In this document: positions 34,701 through 40,522 of the stretch, one piece after another | Numbering within the stretch: the first letter of the stretch is position 1 | Layout of the letters: each line of letters opens with the position of its first letter | Assembly (NCBI GenBank): GCA_049999805.1 | Contig: JBNGIO010006231.1 | Location: 260,451-300,972, forward strand | Reading direction: 5' to 3' | From: Folioceros fuciformis | Taxonomy: Eukaryota | DNA length: 40,522 bases | The notes under the pieces: model-generated | The model's input: the letters and a program-made list of their open reading frames with translations, nothing else | Databases searched by the model: none | Told to the model about the DNA's origin: nothing | Translations under genes and position numbers: made by a program

Positions 34701-37700
34701 AGGATGAAACATCACTTGATAGTTATGCCAATGGCACTGAAACAATCGAGTCAGAGGTTGGGGATGAAGACGGTATGTATTGAAATCCTCATAGCCACGT
34801 TGGAGTAATTTTATTTGTTTTCTTCCAGCAGTATCTTGTTGACTTCAGAGCTTATAAACTCTTTTTTAACTTTTGGAAGTTTGCAGGTGGACGAATCAAA
34901 AGTGTTATGGTGAAGGAGTCGGTCGGAGATATGCTGTCAGCCCTGATGGAAGCAGTTCGGACAACAGTTGCCTGTGAATGTGTGTATGTTCGAGCTGCAG
35001 CGATCAAGGCCATGATATGGATGCAAAGTCAGTATGAGTCAGTTGATGAACTGAAGGCCATCATTGATGGCGAGCTTTCCGACCCAACATGGCCTGCCTC
35101 ATTGCTGAATGATATACTTCTGACACTTCATGCTCGATTTAAGGTGTGTGTAAATGCCGCAGAATTAAAAGCCTGTGAACACATTCTAGCTCATGATGAC
35201 ATTTGAACCACATCAATGGCTGCAGGCCACACCTGGAATGGCTGTGATCTTACTAGAGATCTCTAGACTTTTTGCAACAAAGTCCCCTGGCAAGATGGAC
35301 TCAGATGTCTTACAGCTGCTTTGGAAGGTAGTGCTGGACGTCAAAATATCTCTTTGCCATTATTATTCTGGCTGGCTGTTCCTGTCGGATTTATCCTTCA
35401 CAATTATGCATTTGCTGTCATTGACTATTTGACCAGGCTGATTGGTTTCTGGTCTATTATCTACAGACATGCCTCATAGGTTGTGGACCAGAGGGCAAGC
35501 ACACTGCACTTGAAGCAGTAACTGTTGTGCTTGATCTTCCTCCACCGCCTCCAACGTCCATGTCTGTTGCTGACAGATCTGGTACATCAGATCCAAAATC
35601 TGCCATTGCATTCCAACGGCTTGTTCAGGCTGCGGTAGGTTTTACATGTTGAATTTTGTTGCCGGGTTGTGATCAAAGCTGACTGTTGCAATATAACTTG
35701 TTTTGAAGGTCTGGTTTCTTGGTGAAAATGCTAACTACGCAGCAGCTGAGTATGCTTGGGAGTCTGCCACTGCACCTGGGACTGCAATGTTGATGCTCGA
35801 CAGGGAGAATATGGTGGCTGCAGCTAGTTCAAGAAATCCAACTCTGGCAGCAGCAATGACTCGTCTCCAGCGCTGTGCTTTGAGTGGGAGTTGGGAGGTC
35901 ATTTGCACCCAACGCTTTTGTTGTTGTACTGATTGATCAAGACTGTAATGATGTGCAAGAAGCTCATCATTCTGCTCTTCTTGCAGGTGAGGATTGTAGC
36001 TGCCCAAGCTCTGATGACCGTTGCCATACGATCAGGAGAGCCATACCGGATTCAGATTTATGAGTTTTTGCATGCGCTAGTACGGGGAGGTGATCAAACA
36101 AGATTCAGAGATGAGTATTCCACCTATGGACAGAATCAGGGGGCAAGTGGAACTGGACTTGGCACTATCCTTTCGCCAATGCTTAGAGTGCTAGATGAAA
36201 TGTACCGAGCACAAGATCAGTTAATCAAGTAAGTTGGACGGTATCTACTCTCATGAGGGGAGGAAGTGGATTTAAGAAGCTCAAATAGTGCAGTTAATCT
36301 ACTTTCTGCTCTGTTATTAACAGAGATATGAGGCTTCATGATAACAACAAGGAGGAATGGACTGACGAAGAGCTGAAGGCACTGTATGAGACCCATGAAC
36401 GTCTTCTAGATTTTGTGTCTTGTTTCTGCTATGTTCCTCGGGGACAATACCTGCCGCTTGGACCAATAAGGTGCTCATCATGCTGGTTAGATTTTCATAT
36501 TGATGAGTTATGTAACTAACACCTGTTAAGGGTATAGCACCTGCCCGGGGCAACTTTGTCGGATGACTGTGCTGGCATGGTGGGTTTTTGCAGTGCAGGG
36601 CTGATAAACATTTACAGAAATAGACACCGTATTGATGTTGCAACGGGTCTGAATGATCCGGCAGTTGCCACGGGAATATCTGATCTTTTGCATTTTACGG
36701 GAGATCAGACCATCTACCCCCCTCCTCAAGTGGAGACACCAGAACCTACCAAACCTAGACTTTATCAACAAGAAGATCAAACAGGAATTTGGTCCATATC
36801 ATCGCAAGGAATTGACAGGGTAAGAATATTGCTGCACTGTCTTTTGATATTGGCGTTGTTCAACATGAAGGGGGCGAGCGCTTGCCAACTATTATTCATT
36901 GTTTCTAGTTCAGTTGTTCAGGAAAAACACGCTGTTGAGAATTCTGCAGCATGTGGCTAGTTGACAAGTGTTGCCTGGCAGGTGAATGACTATCTTGGTG
37001 GTGCTGGGACTGATGCTCCTGATGTGGAGGAAGAAGCTACTGTTGCGCAGGAGTCAGCCAGCTATGACGACATGTGGGCCAAGACACTTCTTGAAGCATC
37101 TGATGGGGAGGCACGTGTCTGTCTGGGAGCAATGTTTTTCTTCTGCTTCGTATCTGAAGATGAAAGCATTCTCAGTTGACTCGTTCTGTCTGTGAAATAC
37201 ACAGGGTGGGGATGGGCACTCATCTGGCTCCTCCTCTCCTGGGTCGGAGTCTACTACAATGTCCCGGTATGGAAGTTTGCGGTACCCATCTTTGTTTGGG
37301 GGAACACAACCAACTAATGCTGCTCAGCGGGTTTGTTGTCCATCCCTTTTCCCGTAGCATTCCGTGTGCTTGAATTATGCACTGGCAACCTCTCATAGAA
37401 CTATTCCATCCGGTACAGGACGAAAAATATACATCAACCCGCCTCTCTAATGCGTCGGCAACGTCCACTTTGCCTACTTTCCAAGATGCATTGGTAACCC
37501 GTCTTGCATTCAGCGGTTGTGTTTGCTTTCGTTTTAATGACAGCGTTATAAGTACAATGTTTTGTGGCTGCCCGGCCCAATTCTTATGTATCTCATATGT
37601 GCAGGCTGGATCTGGTGCAAGGAAACCTGTGCTTGACACAAGTTTCCCCGTGTCAAATTCATTTGACACCAACTTGCCTGCACAGAACAATGAAGAGTAC

Positions 37701-38116
37701 CTAGACAGCCCACAAGATGATGAAAGAGAAGGATTTGGCGTTGCGTTGTATGACTTCACCGCCGGCGGGGAGGATGAGGTGAATAGCTGGCTTGGCTATG
37801 TGTTTTGGGCCGTTCGTCATGCTGGCTACACGCTAACACAGTAGGTTGCACAACTGCAGGTGAATCTGGTGGCAGAAGAAGAGTTGGAAATCAAATATGA
37901 AGTCGATGGGTGGTATTTTGTGAGTGCCTCCTTCTGAGCTCTTTAGTACTTTGGCGGAAATGAGATGATCTTCCACGGTAACGTGTTTCCTTTCAATTCT
38001 CCATGCGTTTCCTGAGAATATCCTTTGTAAATTGTGTGCAGGTGAGAAAAAAGAGGCCTGGTAGAGATGGCAAAATCAGTGGCCTGGTACCAGTTACTTA
38101 CGTAGACTTCCTGTAG
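31743..38116 (+). CDS. TASH3: TPLATE-associated SH3-domain protein (TPLATE endocytic adaptor complex subunit)
   Basis: MAAQDSSGGSLMDLMTAD, PVSYAQLARSLHELAA, QLVHQVFPKLAVY, GGGIPTPNWDALAD, VACECVYVRA, WFLGENANYAA, AIRSGEPYRIQIYEFLH, YDDMWAKTLLE, and C-terminal SH3 ALYDFTAGGEDE..EVDGWYF..GLVPVTYVDFL* (TAG 38114-38116). About 22 exons. Confidence 0.93.
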
Positions 38117-38514
38117 CTGATTTCGTGATCTTGTATTCTAGTGTGAAGTGTCAGTCTGGTCATCAGGCTGCCGGTGAGATTTTCACTTAGGCTAGGTATT
38201 CATCCCAGAAGAGTCAATTTTTGAATCAATTTACTCTACAAAATTTAGGCTGTTTATCACTTTTCTCACAAGAAGCGGTACACTCTCGTTTGGATCGGCT
38301 ACCCATTTGTCACGTACATGTTTGCGATCGTGTACACGTCGTATAGTATAAGGGGCTTTATAACTATGGGGCACGTCTCAATTCGCCAAAAAAGCACAGG
38401 GCTCGCGCTTGTCTTTGACTCTAGTTCTCCGTACGATGTATGTCTGTCCTAATGTGTGAGACTTTCGGACTTTGTTGGTTGATTTATGCGTGATGTAGTA
38501 TTGTGGATGATAAC

Positions 38515-39360
38515 AATCTTCTCAAGAACTTTTGATGGTACCGCTTACTACTTTCCAATATATTTGTGGTCTTGTCTATGATGAACTTGAATCTACAACT
38601 ATACAAAGGTTCTCTCAAATTATTAGCAAGTCATTGCATTGCATTATTGCTAGTCAAGAACAAGTGGCAATAGCTCTCCATCGTTTGGCTCTTAAGGGAT
38701 TCTACAAAAGCTAAGAGGAATAGTTTTTGTAGGTACTACCATAGCTTTCGTTTGTGCTCATTATTTCATTCAAGTATTGCTAAAATGTGGTGTGCACCAC
38801 CTAAGATGGCCAAATTTGTCTTCCTGACAAAGATAGCCAAATGTGGCACAAGAAGAAGGAATCAAAGAGGATTTAGAATGGGTTTCTTCTTAATTGTATG
38901 GGAACCATTGAAGCCATTCACTTTCCACAAATTAACCAATGGGGGAACAATAGTTTACTTGGTATGGCAATAAAAGCCCTTCAATGGTGGCCATGTAGAT
39001 CATTGTTGTCCCGGATAAACGGTTCCTCGATGTGGTTACCAAGTGGGATGGCAAGACCAATGATATAAGTATATTGATGTACTTTGGAGTCTACCGCGTA
39101 GCAGTAGTAGAAATTCGATTGAATGGTTCTAAGCAAATGATTCTCAGGTTTGAGGTTGAAGAACATACCTCAGGGTATACTCGAAATTCACTTGCCATTC
39201 TTCATTGTGCCGATTGCTGAAATTAGTCTGTCAACAGCGGATAACAATTTTAATTACAAACAATTCTCTACTCAATGGTTGTGGAACTCCGAGTAGAGGA
39301 ATGTTTCGATGGCTCCACAACCATAGAGGTTACATAAAATCTTTACTTGGATGGTTGTGG
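38515..39360 (+). mobile_element. Degenerate PIF/Harbinger (ALP1-like) DDE transposase relic
   Basis: Collinear motifs across frameshifts and stops: TFQYICGLV..QEQVAIALHRLA, HHLRWP (38795-38812), LNCMGTIEAIHF (38889-38924), RFLDVVTKWDGKTND..RLNG, and GMFRWL. The region is AT-rich. Confidence 0.8.
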
Positions 39361-40317
39361 ATTTATGTAATTGGTTTCATGTGGCTGAGCCACTTGAAAA
39401 CCAGCCCTTAACCCCTTGGCATTGGGCATTAGAGATTTTGTGCCTAAGGCCTAGCCTTTGCCCCCATCCCTGCTAGCACCGAATGTGTGGAGCTCAAGTC
39501 CCACTCTCCATGTGGTCAGTATGATAGGACACTAGAGTGCCTATTGAACTATACAACCAATGCCTTGTGCTTGTCTTACCAGACATGCAGTGACCTATGT
39601 AGCTAAGAACAATATCCTACACAAGGATACACATACTGATAAGATTATAATTTGCATTCTCATCGTTGTCGGGTGCAATTAATGTGAACCATATTTTAAA
39701 CTCAAGCATTGATAATGGTGAAGACCTCAAAGGTGTCGAAGACCTAATGCAAATCACTAATCAAATGTTTAATAATATTAATAAGTATTAAGAAGTAAAG
39801 ACCCATGAAGACGCCTAACAGTCAATGTAACTAATTGTTTGCACATAGAGGACAAACAGTGTACGCCTAATTTAAATTATGATGCAACACACATTTTCAA
39901 TTCCGACCCTATTGTACATAATACAGTGCTTACATGCAACCACCCACCTCGTGGACATACAGTCAGACCCCTCTAATTGGGACCTCTATAAATGGGAACC
40001 CCTTTCAAATGGAACGCCCGGGCTTACTCCCTTGAGTGTGCTACATGCTAAATGGAAAACCCCTCTAATTTTTACATGGGAACCTGTCTCCCAAACATTC
40101 AATGTAAGTACACCTCTATAAAAGGGAAAATACATATTTAAAAAAAATGAAGAAATTATCTTATCATGAGTTATTAAGATTATGTCAAGTTAAAGGCTAT
40201 CGAGATTATATCATAAAACATAGACAGTGATCGAGATTGTCATCGAGATTGAGCCTATATATGTAGTAGTTCTGTACACTATGCTTTGTGATCAAAAGCA
40301 TTGTTCCTAGTACATAA

Positions 40318-40400
40318 GTTGTTTCATTGTACAAGTTGTCTTATAATGTTGTAAGTTGTGTTATGGTGTTGTAAGTTACGTTATGGTGTTGTAAGTTGTT
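40318..40400. repeat. ~20-bp minisatellite
   Basis: tgttgtaagttgtgttatgg / tgttgtaagttacgttatgg / tgttgtaagttg, plus a diverged upstream copy. Confidence 0.75.
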
Positions 40401-40522
40401 GTCTTGCTGTGAGATATTTTGTATGTGTTCCTTACCCATTCTCTTTGACGTGTAGGAACAATGCCACCCAAGCCACCGCGCAAGCATGCTACCCTAACGA
40501 AGCAACAAAAGAAAGAGGTTTG

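Noticed and set aside
38018-38026. U12-type donor ATATCCTTT
   Set aside because: It lies inside the last TASH3 intron, which is already explained as GT-AG.

Overview
This is gene-dense, intron-containing nuclear DNA of a land plant, about 50% GC with short introns. A hornwort (Anthoceros-like) is inferred from the compact layout and from PLS-class PPR proteins with elongated L motifs. Genes in order: the 5' part of a cellulose synthase (CESA, minus); ~9.7 kb with no recognisable gene; a PLS-E+ PPR editing factor; a 74-aa conserved plant protein; a secreted two-domain potato-inhibitor-I-like protein; TDP1; an intron-containing tRNA-Tyr(GTA); a decayed, intronless, GC-rich CapA/PGA_cap-family pseudogene; RabD/Rab1; a second PLS PPR with a 'WW' PG-box and no deaminase; TASH3; and a PIF/Harbinger transposase relic. 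There are two 100-N assembly gaps. Most notable: the frameshifted CapA-family relic (possible horizontal transfer), the double-headed inhibitor, two deaminase-less long-L PPRs, three likely GC-AG introns and very tight tandem gene spacing. All homology calls come from motif recognition by eye; no searches were run.
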